Shown here: in pieces, positions 38,262-48,248 of the stretch
Position numbering within the stretch: position 1 is the first letter of the stretch
How the letters are laid out: every line of letters begins with the position of its first letter
Virus record (IMG/VR): IMGVR_UViG_3300037484_000235
Span: 160,001-224,000 of that record
DNA: 64,000 nucleotides
Strand: one strand, 5' to 3'
From: a virus
Taxonomy: Duplodnaviria > Caudoviricetes
Notes under the pieces: generated by a model
Databases searched by the model: none
What the model was told of the DNA's origin: nothing
What the model saw: the letters and a program-made list of their open reading frames with translations, nothing else
Position numbers and translations under genes: made by a program

Positions 38262-40850
38262 ATGGCGACAACAGGCGAGTGGGGTGGTCTTCAGGTTCGA
38301 TTTGACATCCCGGAGATCCGAGATGCGGTCGATGCTGTCAACTCTGTCTTCGAGATCATCATCGTTGCGCTGGATATTGCCCTGAGCGTTCTGAACATCA
38401 TCAAGGCGTTCGTTTCCAGCCTCCTGAATCCCGTCCGGGCAATCATCCAAGAGCTGATTTCGGCCTTGCAGAACTTGCTCTTGGATTTCAGACAGGCCGG
38501 ATTCTACACCAATGGTGACTGGAATCTTCTGGGGGACACGACCCGAGAGCAACTCCGTGGGGGTTACGCCGCCTACCAGAATCGGATGCTCACCCGGCTC
38601 ACGGACCGGACTGACCTCTCTCGTCCCAACTTCTCCCCTTCTACGACCGTGCTGGCACTGTTCCTCTACACAGGGGCGGACATCTCTTTCGTGGATGGGC
38701 TGACCGATTTCAGCAAGCTGAACCAAATCAATCAGCTAGTCGAGGGTTTCGCCGGGTTCTTTGGGATTGACGTGGGCGATTCACCACTGCCTATTCCTAC
38801 AGGGCTCCGGTCGAACTTCGCTGGTGGGTCGACTAGGATCACGTCGGGGGGTGTCCCTAGTTCATCAATTTCCGACTTGCGTGCCTCTGTCTCCCGGATT
38901 GCAGGTCGGACCAGTACAATCCTCCAATGGGGTCTCGCCCCAAGCCCTGGCAGCGCAAGCACCCAGCCGACCCCCGTGGTGCCACCTGACGGGTTCCTGA
39001 TCGAACTCTCGGTCTTCGCCCAGGGTCTGTACGTGGGCTATCTGGCACCGGTCCCCAGCAGCACAGGAGGTGTCGCAGGCGTGCCCAGCGAGGGCAGCAC
39101 TACGACGCCCGCCACGTACGCGACCGGCATGTATAAGGAAGCGGACACAGGTAGGCCCCTCCAAGTCTTTGGCGGATTGGACAGCGTGAGTCTGTCTGAC
39201 GGGGTGCAATGGTCCTCAGCCTTTGATTCCAACGTGGCACTGATCCCCGGCGCCCGCCCCGCATTCTTCCTCACGGACCTGTCAAGTACCCAGCTCATTC
39301 AGACGAATGTCCTACAACCGCCGCCAGGTGCTCCTGAGGGCCGTTACTACAACCAACGCACGCTCTACGTGCCCCACTCGTCAGTCCTTGCCCAGTCGCT
39401 CGTGGGAGGCACCTACAGCTTTGAGCTGTCTTCGGCAGACTTCCCCTGGCAGACGCCCATCTCTGCGGATGGGGTGCCTGACTTCGAGGGTGCCACACAG
39501 GCGACGTCCGTGTACGTTCGAGTTCTCTCGTGCAGTGACAAGGTGTCGGCGATGAACTCATTCCGATGGAATGTGGTTCCGTTCACGACGCCCGAATCCG
39601 CCATGATCTTGCCTTGGAACGATTTGGGCGTGGCAGACCGGAGTCAATCGAGTCAGATCATTCCCGTGACATTCCCTACAGCAGAAGCCGACGCCTATCT
39701 GGGGGCACTTCAAACGGCGCTGACTGTGATGCTTCTTTCGCGATCGGATTTGGTGCTACCTAGTGCAGCACTCAATCCGGAACTGGCTCTAGAAGTCACG
39801 GGCCAGACAAGCTACACGCCGACTGGGTTGGAGACGTTCGCACAGAATCTCCTGCCTGTCTTGGGTGTGGACCCCCAGGACTACTTTTCAAGTGCGGCCA
39901 CCCCCCAAGCATTTGGCTTGGACCTGCGGGCTAAGGTTGGTGTCCTCACGGACTTGATTATCGAGCGCCAGGGGAATCTTCCACAGAATACCCTCCAGGC
40001 ACTGGCCAACACGTTTACCAGGCTCACTGAGTGGGAGTGGGCAGACTCCACGGTGGCCGGGGCCAGTGGAAACACCAATCTTGGAGTGACTATCCTGAGC
40101 AGCTTGCTTGCGACGGGGCCCGACGACGACACGGACATGGGGATGTACGTCGCGAAGAACGCTGCGTCCCTCTTCGGGTATCCCACGGCCCCTGGGGCAT
40201 CTCTGGCCAAGGTCCGGAGTAGCGGTGTGCTCAACACCTATGACCAGGCTGGATTTGGGTCTGGGATTCCAACCATGCCGGACGCTACTGAGGCAGCCCC
40301 GTTCCTCGTAGATCTAGGAGTACCTGGACGCAATACCCCGATTCGGGCTTGGTACGCACGCGACCTCATCCCCGCAGAAATCTACACCGCAGCCCAACAG
40401 GTACTCAGCCTGGCTGTAGGTGAGTCTACGGCTGCGGGGGGCTGGATTTCGGTGCGTCCTTTCCAGTCTGTAGGAAACCTGGCAGGGATTCAAAACGTTT
40501 CGGCTATCATCCAAAACTACTTGGAAGCGATTGCAGCAGGTATTCAGGGCGGGGCCGACCTGATCTTGAATTTCATCTCCATGCTTGAACAGCGTGTCAA
40601 CGAGATTCAGGAACTCATCCGGCGCATCGACACGTACTTGACTATCCCGCTCTCGATTGAGATTCCGGACGCTGTGGGGCTGGCTCTCGTAGCCAACGGT
40701 ATGGATGGGGTGGTCTCCGGTCTTGTGTCGGCGACGAACAAGCCGACGGATGGCCCGGGAGCCTACGCCGGGGGCTTAGTGGTCTTGGGGGGCGGGCTCC
40801 CCGCTCTCATCACCGACCTCATGCTCTTGCTCATCGCCCCCACACCTTGA
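38262..40850 (+). CDS. Putative virion structural (baseplate/tail) protein
   Basis: 862 aa with helical N- and C-termini flanking a beta-rich core; lies in the structural module. Confidence 0.55.
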   Translation: MATTGEWGGLQVRFDIPEIRDAVDAVNSVFEIIIVALDIALSVLNIIKAFVSSLLNPVRAIIQELISALQNLLLDFRQAGFYTNGDWNLLGDTTREQLRGGYAAYQNRMLTRLTDRTDLSRPNFSPSTTVLALFLYTGADISFVDGLTDFSKLNQINQLVEGFAGFFGIDVGDSPLPIPTGLRSNFAGGSTRITSGGVPSSSISDLRASVSRIAGRTSTILQWGLAPSPGSASTQPTPVVPPDGFLIELSVFAQGLYVGYLAPVPSSTGGVAGVPSEGSTTTPATYATGMYKEADTGRPLQVFGGLDSVSLSDGVQWSSAFDSNVALIPGARPAFFLTDLSSTQLIQTNVLQPPPGAPEGRYYNQRTLYVPHSSVLAQSLVGGTYSFELSSADFPWQTPISADGVPDFEGATQATSVYVRVLSCSDKVSAMNSFRWNVVPFTTPESAMILPWNDLGVADRSQSSQIIPVTFPTAEADAYLGALQTALTVMLLSRSDLVLPSAALNPELALEVTGQTSYTPTGLETFAQNLLPVLGVDPQDYFSSAATPQAFGLDLRAKVGVLTDLIIERQGNLPQNTLQALANTFTRLTEWEWADSTVAGASGNTNLGVTILSSLLATGPDDDTDMGMYVAKNAASLFGYPTAPGASLAKVRSSGVLNTYDQAGFGSGIPTMPDATEAAPFLVDLGVPGRNTPIRAWYARDLIPAEIYTAAQQVLSLAVGESTAAGGWISVRPFQSVGNLAGIQNVSAIIQNYLEAIAAGIQGGADLILNFISMLEQRVNEIQELIRRIDTYLTIPLSIEIPDAVGLALVANGMDGVVSGLVSATNKPTDGPGAYAGGLVVLGGGLPALITDLMLLLIAPTP

Positions 40851-41167
40851 GGTAGTCTCCGCCGCCTCGTGCACGCCAGACTCGAACTGGGGGCCGTTGC
40901 CCACCTTGCTGGATGCCGTTACATCCGCCTCGGACACGAGACGGCAGAGTTCATTGGTGCCCCGTGGCTTGCGGCTGTGGAATCCACCGACGCTGGCGCC
41001 ATCTGTGCGGCGCTCTGCACGAGAGGCGATGCGCTTCCATGCGCGTCGAGCGCCTGCTACATGCGTGCTGTTGGAACCGGAGTTAGGGGGTCCGCCCTCC
41101 CACGTAGGTCCGTTGTCTTGGTGATGGCGACCATCACGGCGCATGTTGGTTCGTTGTGACACGGGGC

Positions 41168-41635
41168 TCAATCTGACTCTTCGGGCTCTTCTGTGTAGAT
41201 CAGCGCAGCGCCCGGGGGCATGGGCTGTACCTGAATCATGGACTTGCCCAGGTAGCTCATAAGAGAGTCATGGTAGTCACATGCGGTGCATCGAACTGTT
41301 CCAGAGTATGGCCCAAACAGCCTCATCATGGATCTCTCAAGAGCGCCTTTGCATCGTGGACAGCTGGATCCCTCGGGGGCAGGAATCCAAGAGATCTCGA
41401 AGAACCTTGTGACCTGAAGCGGTATGGGATTCTTCACAGCCTCAAGTAGGAGTCTGGCTTGCTCGAAGTCTTTATGTGGTTTCATTTGGCACGACCCACC
41501 GGTGTTTGTTCTGGTCTTACGCTCTTCCCTCAGAGCGTAGACCGCAAGGTGCAGAGAAAAGGGCGTGATACGGCCTGAGTAAGCAGCCCGCAGTACAACA
41601 GCTTCAAGATTGGAGAGAGGCTGGGATTGGTTCAT
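41168..41635 (-). CDS. Zinc-ribbon hypothetical protein
   Basis: CPRC...CTAC; lies directly behind a consensus promoter. Confidence 0.6.
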   Translation of the reverse strand: MNQSQPLSNLEAVVLRAAYSGRITPFSLHLAVYALREERKTRTNTGGSCQMKPHKDFEQARLLLEAVKNPIPLQVTRFFEISWIPAPEGSSCPRCKGALERSMMRLFGPYSGTVRCTACDYHDSLMSYLGKSMIQVQPMPPGAALIYTEEPEESD

Positions 41636-41642
41636 GAGCCGG

Positions 41643-41671
41643 ACCCTAGTGGACTCGGCTCACACGGTCAA
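41643..41671 (-). promoter_or_regulatory. Sigma70/SigA-type promoter, leaderless
   Basis: Minus strand TTGACC-N17-TAGGGT-N7-ATG(41635). Confidence 0.7.
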
Positions 41672-41678
41672 GAAAGCG

Positions 41679-42749
41679 TTATCGATTTGGATCGTAGGGT
41701 CTTCCGGATGGATCCGTGATGTAGAGGTCGTCATCCTCGGCATCTGTAATCCGGAATCCAGGATCTAACCCAAGGTCTTTTTCGACCGAAGCCTGCGTCT
41801 CAAGCATCTCCAATGCTTTGTTGATGGCGCGGGCAGCTGGAGGCATGCGGGAACCGCGCAGGGCGTACATGGACACCCTTCGGAGTAAGTTCGCGAAGGC
41901 GATGGCCTCATCCTCTGGGAAGCCAGAGTTCCGGCTTGCTACGACCAGTTCCTTGGCTGACTCAAGGATTTGGGTGGTGTAGAACGTCGTTCGCGAAGCG
42001 CGGCGTTGACCGTGAGGTGAACTGTGTTCGTCTAGTTCACGCAGGACTTCCCAGGGTCGCTTGGGTGTCACGCGTGGATCGTGTGCGTCAAGTGCCAAGG
42101 CCGCCTTGTAGAGAAGGCTGGCAGCCCCACGATTGCCGCCGGACTTGGCGTAGGCCGCACAGGTCAAGAGTACCTGGTGGAAGGCTTCGTCAATGTCTTC
42201 CGTCGAGCTGCGGGCCCCATGGTGCGCGTCCAGAAGGTCTTGAACGTTGGCCTTGAGCAGAAGCGCCTTCGACGCCTGATTTGCCCGCTTGGCCACGGAC
42301 GCCTTCTTGTCGTCCTTCTTGCCCTCTTCGACCTTCTTTTCGCAGTTGTCTCGCATCCCGCCCTCGGGAAGCTTCTCGCAACCGGCGGTCTTGTCAACAT
42401 CCTTGGCCTTCTTGTCGCAAACAGCGCAACGTCCAGAAGACACGTTTCCGAAGGCTCTCGCCTTTGAGACAGCGGACGGCTTGAACTTCTTGCCGCACAG
42501 GGCGACGTTGTTCACGACGTTGGATCCGTCCTCGAATACTGCGTTCTTGAAGGCGTGGGATTCTCCGTCACGTTGGTTGCCAGGACGCGCCCAGGCAACC
42601 TCGATTTTCTCCGGCGTCTCCCCGTGCATGACGGGTTCCCAGAATGGTGCTACCGCAGCTTCCTTGAGAAGGGGGAGCAAGTCAGCCCGGAGAGCCGGGT
42701 TCTGGTGGGCAAGGCGAATGAGGCGTGAGCGGAGGGCTTGGTCTGACAT
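41679..42749 (-). CDS. Leader-bearing putative head cargo protein 2 (multidomain)
   Basis: Starts MSDQALRSRLIRLAHQNPALRADLLPLLKEAA. Contains a Cys/His cluster and segments separated by KTAG, KKAS and RRAS. Confidence 0.75.
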   Translation of the reverse strand: MSDQALRSRLIRLAHQNPALRADLLPLLKEAAVAPFWEPVMHGETPEKIEVAWARPGNQRDGESHAFKNAVFEDGSNVVNNVALCGKKFKPSAVSKARAFGNVSSGRCAVCDKKAKDVDKTAGCEKLPEGGMRDNCEKKVEEGKKDDKKASVAKRANQASKALLLKANVQDLLDAHHGARSSTEDIDEAFHQVLLTCAAYAKSGGNRGAASLLYKAALALDAHDPRVTPKRPWEVLRELDEHSSPHGQRRASRTTFYTTQILESAKELVVASRNSGFPEDEAIAFANLLRRVSMYALRGSRMPPAARAINKALEMLETQASVEKDLGLDPGFRITDAEDDDLYITDPSGRPYDPNR

Positions 42750-42832
42750 ACCACCTTGGGCCTATCAAACGATTCACGGAATCGTATTTCATCGGTAGAG
42801 TCCCGGGCCAGCTACTGGCAGGAGACCCGATC

Positions 42833-43138
42833 ATGACGACAGAAAATACGACGAATGCGGATACCGAGGTCAAGGAAGTCAACAAGCTCTCCCCTGAGGA
42901 GGTTGCCCAGCTGACTCAGTTGCACCGTCAGGCGCAAGAAATTGTGCAACAGATCGGTCAGATTGAAGTCCGCAAGCACCGTATGATGGCTTCTCTCTCC
43001 GAGATTGAAGAGCATGCTCAGGGGATCATGAATGCTGCGGCCTCACGTCTGGGGATCGCTCCTGGCACCGCATGGCAAATGGCCCCGGACGGAACTGTGA
43101 TCGTTCTGCCGAAGACTCCAGCAGCTCAGACGCACTAA
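42833..43138 (+). CDS. Small coiled-coil protein
   Basis: Start ATG 42833 after AGGAG; Q/E-rich heptads. Confidence 0.6.
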   Translation: MTTENTTNADTEVKEVNKLSPEEVAQLTQLHRQAQEIVQQIGQIEVRKHRMMASLSEIEEHAQGIMNAAASRLGIAPGTAWQMAPDGTVIVLPKTPAAQTH

Positions 43139-43169
43139 CCGAGCTATCATCTAGAGAAGGGGACGCATC

Positions 43170-44558
43170 ATGTGGACCCCCACAACATACCCCTTACCAC
43201 CAATGAACGTCATGGTGGTCAGTCCCTTCGAGAGGGGTATGCTCGACGTGCGATGGGATGATCCCTCCCTTCTAGGGGGGAACTCACCATACAACGTCCT
43301 TGGGGTCAACGTCTACAGATCGGATTCGAGTGACAGAGGACCGTTCCGTAGGTTGAATTCCTATCCTGTGGGAGGGACGTTTTTCCGGGATTTCACGGAT
43401 GTGGCCCTCGTCTCTAACGAGATCATCTCTTGGGAGGCTGGGTGGCAATCTCGTGGGGATGCCCCAAACGTTCGACGATGGACTCTGCGGACACGGTACC
43501 CCATCTACAAGCCTCGGACTCAGGGAGTCGAGGCAAATGCACCCGCTGATGTGATCGTCACAATCAACGGCATACCCGCACGCATCCACGAGGTCTTTGG
43601 ATCCTCTTGTGAGATCACACTTGGGGACGCTCCGGATATCGATCCGAGACCTGATCGCTTTGCATTTGCCCCACTTCCTACAGGAAGTGGGGATGCTGTC
43701 GTCGTCACATACTACACTCTGAAGAATCTTGTCTCCCCAGGCGTGGACAAGAAGTCGTACTACCGAGTGACAACGGTTGCAGTGGATGCCACACAGCCTG
43801 GCGGCCTTGCTGAAACTCCGATGAACGTGTCCCAGCCAGCATCTGAGACACAGATTGAGCAGCTTGACTACATCTGGCGTGAGGCCATTAGGCGCAACCA
43901 CTGGATTCTTCAACAGGGTGGGGAACGCGTTAGCCTGTTCTGTCAGAAGGTGTCTGGGGTCCCTTGCGAGTGCCGCGCAGAGATAGAGAACCACGTCCGG
44001 GTGTACTCAAAACAGCACTCAAACCGGTGCAAAATCTGTTTCGGCACTGGATTCGTTGGGGGTTTTGAAGGGCCATACAACGTCATCATGGCACCGGATG
44101 ACGCTGAGAAGCGCATCTCTCAGTCACTGACTGGCCGTAGAAAGGAACACGCTTACGAGGTGTTCATGACGTTCACCCCCATTGTCTCCCAAAGGGACTT
44201 CGTGGTGAAGCAGAACAACGATCGCTACTCGATCGGCCCTGTGCGTCGCCCCACAAATCGTGGGAACGTGATGCAGCAGCATTTCACTCTGGGGTACTTG
44301 GATTCTGGTGACATTCGGTATTCGGTGCCGATCGATGGTTCTTTGGAGTCTCCAAATCTTCCATGGCCACAGACTCGCTACACATACAGTCCACCACGTG
44401 AGACGTATGATGCCCGTGAGGATGCCCCGTGGCCAGTCACGCCTGATGCAGCGCTGCCAATGGCAACCGATGTGGCACTTGTTCCGGCTCCTGTCCAGCA
44501 GAGATACCGAACGGGAACTGGGGCAAACAACACTGGCAATAAGCCAAATGATCCATAG
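43170..44558 (+). CDS. Putative neck/head-completion protein
   Basis: N-terminal fibronectin-like segment. The C-terminal part has GGERVSLF..CEC...CKICFGTGFVGGF, as in head-closure proteins of large myophages. Confidence 0.55.
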   Translation: MWTPTTYPLPPMNVMVVSPFERGMLDVRWDDPSLLGGNSPYNVLGVNVYRSDSSDRGPFRRLNSYPVGGTFFRDFTDVALVSNEIISWEAGWQSRGDAPNVRRWTLRTRYPIYKPRTQGVEANAPADVIVTINGIPARIHEVFGSSCEITLGDAPDIDPRPDRFAFAPLPTGSGDAVVVTYYTLKNLVSPGVDKKSYYRVTTVAVDATQPGGLAETPMNVSQPASETQIEQLDYIWREAIRRNHWILQQGGERVSLFCQKVSGVPCECRAEIENHVRVYSKQHSNRCKICFGTGFVGGFEGPYNVIMAPDDAEKRISQSLTGRRKEHAYEVFMTFTPIVSQRDFVVKQNNDRYSIGPVRRPTNRGNVMQQHFTLGYLDSGDIRYSVPIDGSLESPNLPWPQTRYTYSPPRETYDAREDAPWPVTPDAALPMATDVALVPAPVQQRYRTGTGANNTGNKPNDP

Positions 44559-44570
44559 TAGGGGGAACAC

Positions 44571-45125
44571 ATGCCAGATGATGATGAGATCGTACCAGGT
44601 CCAATAGAGAACAGGGTAATCCGTGCCGGCAAGCTCATGGGCGCTGTTACTGGCATCCTTGTGGCTGTTGCAGCTGTGGTGTCTGGCATTTGGCAGGTAG
44701 GCAGCATGGTGAGCGATCTGAAGGACACCAAGACAGATTTGGAGTCCCTCAAGAAGTCGTTCAACGACTATCAAATTGAGGCACGAAAAGAGAACGAGAT
44801 CCAGAAAGAGATTCTCGTCAATCTCAGGATTGCTGTTGCCTCAATACAAACTGTCAATGGCTATCAGACCTCGGGCCACTCAACTATGGCCTCCATGCCT
44901 CCCATTTCGGCCTCTCGTATCCGTCAGGTTCTACCAAGAACATTGGGACCACTAGACGACAATCCTGAGTTTGCGTCTCTGATTCGGTCATTGCCCCCAT
45001 TGCCCCCGGACCCCACCACATCTGCTGTTGGCAATATGGATTCAAGTGACGTAATTCAGCATGAGTCGGATACGGCAGATGTGGCATTGCAGAGAGCTGA
45101 GATCCTTCAGGGTAGTCTCCAGTAA
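44571..45125 (+). CDS. Single-pass membrane protein with coiled coil
   Basis: Hydrophobic LMGAVTGILVAVAAVVSGIWQVG followed by heptads; a holin- or spanin-like role is unproven. Confidence 0.55.
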   Translation: MPDDDEIVPGPIENRVIRAGKLMGAVTGILVAVAAVVSGIWQVGSMVSDLKDTKTDLESLKKSFNDYQIEARKENEIQKEILVNLRIAVASIQTVNGYQTSGHSTMASMPPISASRIRQVLPRTLGPLDDNPEFASLIRSLPPLPPDPTTSAVGNMDSSDVIQHESDTADVALQRAEILQGSLQ

Positions 45126-45712
45126 TGGCGGGACCACCAAAGCCACCTGTCCAGTTAAAATCCTCTGTCCAGGCTACAAACAAGAAGGCTGCCACTAAGC
45201 TGCACAGCGGCCCAAAGCGAGTCATCCGGAGCCGTTACGTCTCTCCTCTGGAACGACGTGTCGGAGCCGTGCTCGACAAGTCCGATCTTCAGTTTTTCGG
45301 GCGCTGCCTCATCAAGTACATCAAAGAGGAGGCAGCGAAGGATGCTGCGAAGACGCATCAGGTGCCTGTCACTGAGGAATTTTACAAGTCTTTCACTTAC
45401 CAGGTGAAAGACAACACCATTGAGGTGTCTTCAAGTTGGCCGTGGATCGACCTGATTACCTTCGGAACAAGTGGCCCATACCCCATGAAATGGCTCACTC
45501 AAGCCAAGGGCGTCTACAAGGTGCCGTTGCGTGGTGAACATGGTGAACTGCTCATCCGCTCGACACCTCTTACGACGGACAAGGCGTGGATCCACCCTGG
45601 TATCTCTCGACATACGTTCATCGAACGAGCGTTTCGTCGAGCGCGAGAGGATTGCGTCTCCAAGTTCCTCTCGAAGAACATTGGGAAGATCATGGGTGGG
45701 GTCCTCAAATGA
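45125..45712 (+). CDS. Putative neck/tail-completion protein
   Basis: Basic 195-aa ORF (WIHPGISRHTFIERAF) positioned between neck and tail genes. Confidence 0.5.
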   Translation: MAGPPKPPVQLKSSVQATNKKAATKLHSGPKRVIRSRYVSPLERRVGAVLDKSDLQFFGRCLIKYIKEEAAKDAAKTHQVPVTEEFYKSFTYQVKDNTIEVSSSWPWIDLITFGTSGPYPMKWLTQAKGVYKVPLRGEHGELLIRSTPLTTDKAWIHPGISRHTFIERAFRRAREDCVSKFLSKNIGKIMGGVLK

Positions 45713-46341
45713 ACGAAGTCGAGTTGACTTGTGTTGGGGACACAGCCCACATCCCTGATTTAGGATTGAAGATGGTCCGAGGATCCCAGTCTTTCATCAC
45801 CCTCACAGCTCTTGCCAACTCCCGCGATCTGGTTGAGGCTAGGAAATTCGGGCTTGTCACGGTGCGGGTGATCAAGGCTCAGGTAATCAAGAGGGGTTCA
45901 CCCACCGTGTCAGTCAAACACCCCAATAATCGCCAGACGATTTTTCTCCCAGCTTACCAACCGTCAACACCTGTGAATCCACCCCCCAACATTCCGGATC
46001 CACGGGACATACCCAATAACCAGATTGCCGAGTTGATCCGGGAGATTCGTGGTCTTCGGGGGGACATACAAAAACGCCCACAGGAAGTCCTGAGTGGGCA
46101 AATGGTAGGGGCCATCTCCGCAGCTATCCGAGATGCTCTACAGGGTCTCCAACTGGGTGCAATCTCTGGTTCTCAGGTGAGGGGGCCAATTGATCCTGAA
46201 GACATGTTCATTCCTAGTGGTATCGTTACAGGAGTGAAGGCAGAGATCACAACACTGAATGAGACATCTGAGAGTACCTCTGGCCTGGACGATGCTCACA
46301 GCGCCTTGAAGAAGGCTCGAAGAGATCGCCAGGAACCATGA
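45709..46341 (+). CDS. Hypothetical protein
   Basis: ATGA overlaps on both sides; Pro-rich linker. Confidence 0.6.
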   Translation: MNEVELTCVGDTAHIPDLGLKMVRGSQSFITLTALANSRDLVEARKFGLVTVRVIKAQVIKRGSPTVSVKHPNNRQTIFLPAYQPSTPVNPPPNIPDPRDIPNNQIAELIREIRGLRGDIQKRPQEVLSGQMVGAISAAIRDALQGLQLGAISGSQVRGPIDPEDMFIPSGIVTGVKAEITTLNETSESTSGLDDAHSALKKARRDRQEP

Positions 46342-47432
46342 CAGATATTGCCGTGACTACGCCTTTGGGCGTTGAGCAAACTGATATACTGACCCTGATG
46401 AAGGAGACGCCTGTGGCCAAGGACGAATCGACAAAGACTCAAGAATCCCGTGGTGTGGGGCTTGATTGCGGAACCATGAATCTAGTTTCTGCGCGCCGTA
46501 CCCCAAAGGGAATCGAAACCCGAAGGATGCGGGACGCCTTCCTAGATCTTCCGAGCGAGTCAAAGAAGATGCTCAAGCTCTCTGGGGTGTCCTATGTGGA
46601 CCGGGGAGATGAGATTCTCATCCTCGGAGATGCAGCTCTTGACATGGCCAATGTTTTTGGCAGGGAGGCTCGTCGCCCGCTTTCCGGTGGCCTTGTCTCC
46701 GCAACGGAGTCAGATTCCCTGGAGGTGCTCGGTCTGCTTGTGCAGAACGTCCTGGGGGCACCTAAAGAGAAGGGTGAGCACTGTTACTTCTCTGTCCCGG
46801 CGGCTCCGATTGATGTGGTAGGACGGGATATTGTCTACCACAAGGGAATCTTCGACAGAATCGTGTCCGAGTGTGGGTACACACCGCACTCCGGAAACGA
46901 GGCCATGGCCGTGATCTATGCGGAGTCCGCCAAGGATGGGTTCTCTGGGGTGGCGCTATCTTTCGGGAGTGGAATGTCCAATGTGGCGCTATCGGTCGGG
47001 ACGATTGAGGGACTCTCCTTTTCGGTTGGCCGTGGGGGCGACTGGATCGATTCTGGTGCGTCGAAATCTGTGGGGTCCACACAGGCTCGAATGTGTTCCA
47101 CCAAGGAGAAGGGCTTTGACCTCAATATCCCGGAAAATCGGGACCAAGAGGCACTGGCCTTCTACTACAAGAACCTGATCGAGTACGTTTTGGATCAGAT
47201 TGCTCTCCAGTTCAAGACGATCGAAGGGAAGTTCTCGCTTCCCAAGCCTATTCCAATCATCGTCTCTGGGGGCACGTCACTTGCTGGAGGGTTCCTGGAG
47301 TTCTTCACGAAGGTATTTGAGAAGAAGCGCAAGAAGTTCCCTATCAATGTGAGTGAGATACGGGCTGCAAGTGACCCACTCAACGCCGTCGCACATGGCC
47401 TACTGATTCAGGCACTCCAGGAGTACGAGTGA
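46338..47432 (+). CDS. Actin-fold ATPase (MreB/ParM/FtsA superfamily)
   Basis: All five actin/Hsp70 motifs are present in order: GLDCGTMN, NEAMAV, SFGSGMSNV, IVSGGTS and DPLNAVAHG. Confidence 0.85.
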   Translation: MTDIAVTTPLGVEQTDILTLMKETPVAKDESTKTQESRGVGLDCGTMNLVSARRTPKGIETRRMRDAFLDLPSESKKMLKLSGVSYVDRGDEILILGDAALDMANVFGREARRPLSGGLVSATESDSLEVLGLLVQNVLGAPKEKGEHCYFSVPAAPIDVVGRDIVYHKGIFDRIVSECGYTPHSGNEAMAVIYAESAKDGFSGVALSFGSGMSNVALSVGTIEGLSFSVGRGGDWIDSGASKSVGSTQARMCSTKEKGFDLNIPENRDQEALAFYYKNLIEYVLDQIALQFKTIEGKFSLPKPIPIIVSGGTSLAGGFLEFFTKVFEKKRKKFPINVSEIRAASDPLNAVAHGLLIQALQEYE

Positions 47433-48241
47433 TGGTACGCGTAATGCGCGAGGTGCATATGGCAGAAAGGGCCTGTGCGGAGCTTTCAAAGGTGTGTCAT
47501 CGATCCGGCGCCTCCGAACAGCCATGTTGGGGTCGAATAGAGCCACTCGCGGATCCTGATTGGAACGGTAGCAATGATGCCCTAAAGTTCGCTTGTAGGG
47601 CTCATCGGACTTCTCAGTACAAGGCAAAGTCTGGGATTGACCTGGATATGGACTACGCGGCGGCTCAGGCCTTGGGGATGGACCCCAGGATCGTGGGAGA
47701 TGAGTCCCACTCCTTTGCTCCAACCTTCTCTGGCAGAGAAGAGCTTGCACGAATGCAGGGTACCATGGAGGTCCCAGAAGAAATTCAAAATGTATTTGAC
47801 CTTCAAGAGGTGGTAGACGCCTCTTTAGCCCAACAGGAATGGGCCAGAAGGATGGTTGAGGGCAAAACGGGTCGGGTTGAGAACCTCTTTTATGTGCCAC
47901 GCGTCAAGATATCCACAGAGGCCGTAGAAAACCTGACTGCCAAGATTCTAGAGTACTTGGCACAGATTGAAGTACTGAAGCATAGGATCAATCAGCATCG
48001 ATGTGAGTTAGCTGGGTTCCCGCCAGAATTTGCTGTTGGCATGGGCGACCCTTGCCACAAGTACGAGCCTGAGCAGAACACACATCACTGTTTAGAGTCC
48101 GTCAACGGACCCGGTGACGTGACCACTATCTGCTGGTGTGAGAGTGCCACAACACGAACCAGGCCCATTGATGTTGAAGCCTATGTGGTGACTCCCGGTA
48201 GATTCCGGGTACGCGAAACTCAGGATCAGACGAAAGACTAA
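47429..48241 (+). CDS. Hypothetical protein
   Basis: 270-aa ORF overlapping the actin stop; several Cys/His clusters. Confidence 0.5.
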   Translation: MMVRVMREVHMAERACAELSKVCHRSGASEQPCWGRIEPLADPDWNGSNDALKFACRAHRTSQYKAKSGIDLDMDYAAAQALGMDPRIVGDESHSFAPTFSGREELARMQGTMEVPEEIQNVFDLQEVVDASLAQQEWARRMVEGKTGRVENLFYVPRVKISTEAVENLTAKILEYLAQIEVLKHRINQHRCELAGFPPEFAVGMGDPCHKYEPEQNTHHCLESVNGPGDVTTICWCESATTRTRPIDVEAYVVTPGRFRVRETQDQTKD

Positions 48242-48248
48242 TAGTTTC

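Noticed and set aside
40869-41159. 96-aa + strand ORF after the 38262 gene
   Set aside because: It has a GTG start without an RBS, no recognisable motif and several competing overlapping frames, so coding status is not supportable.
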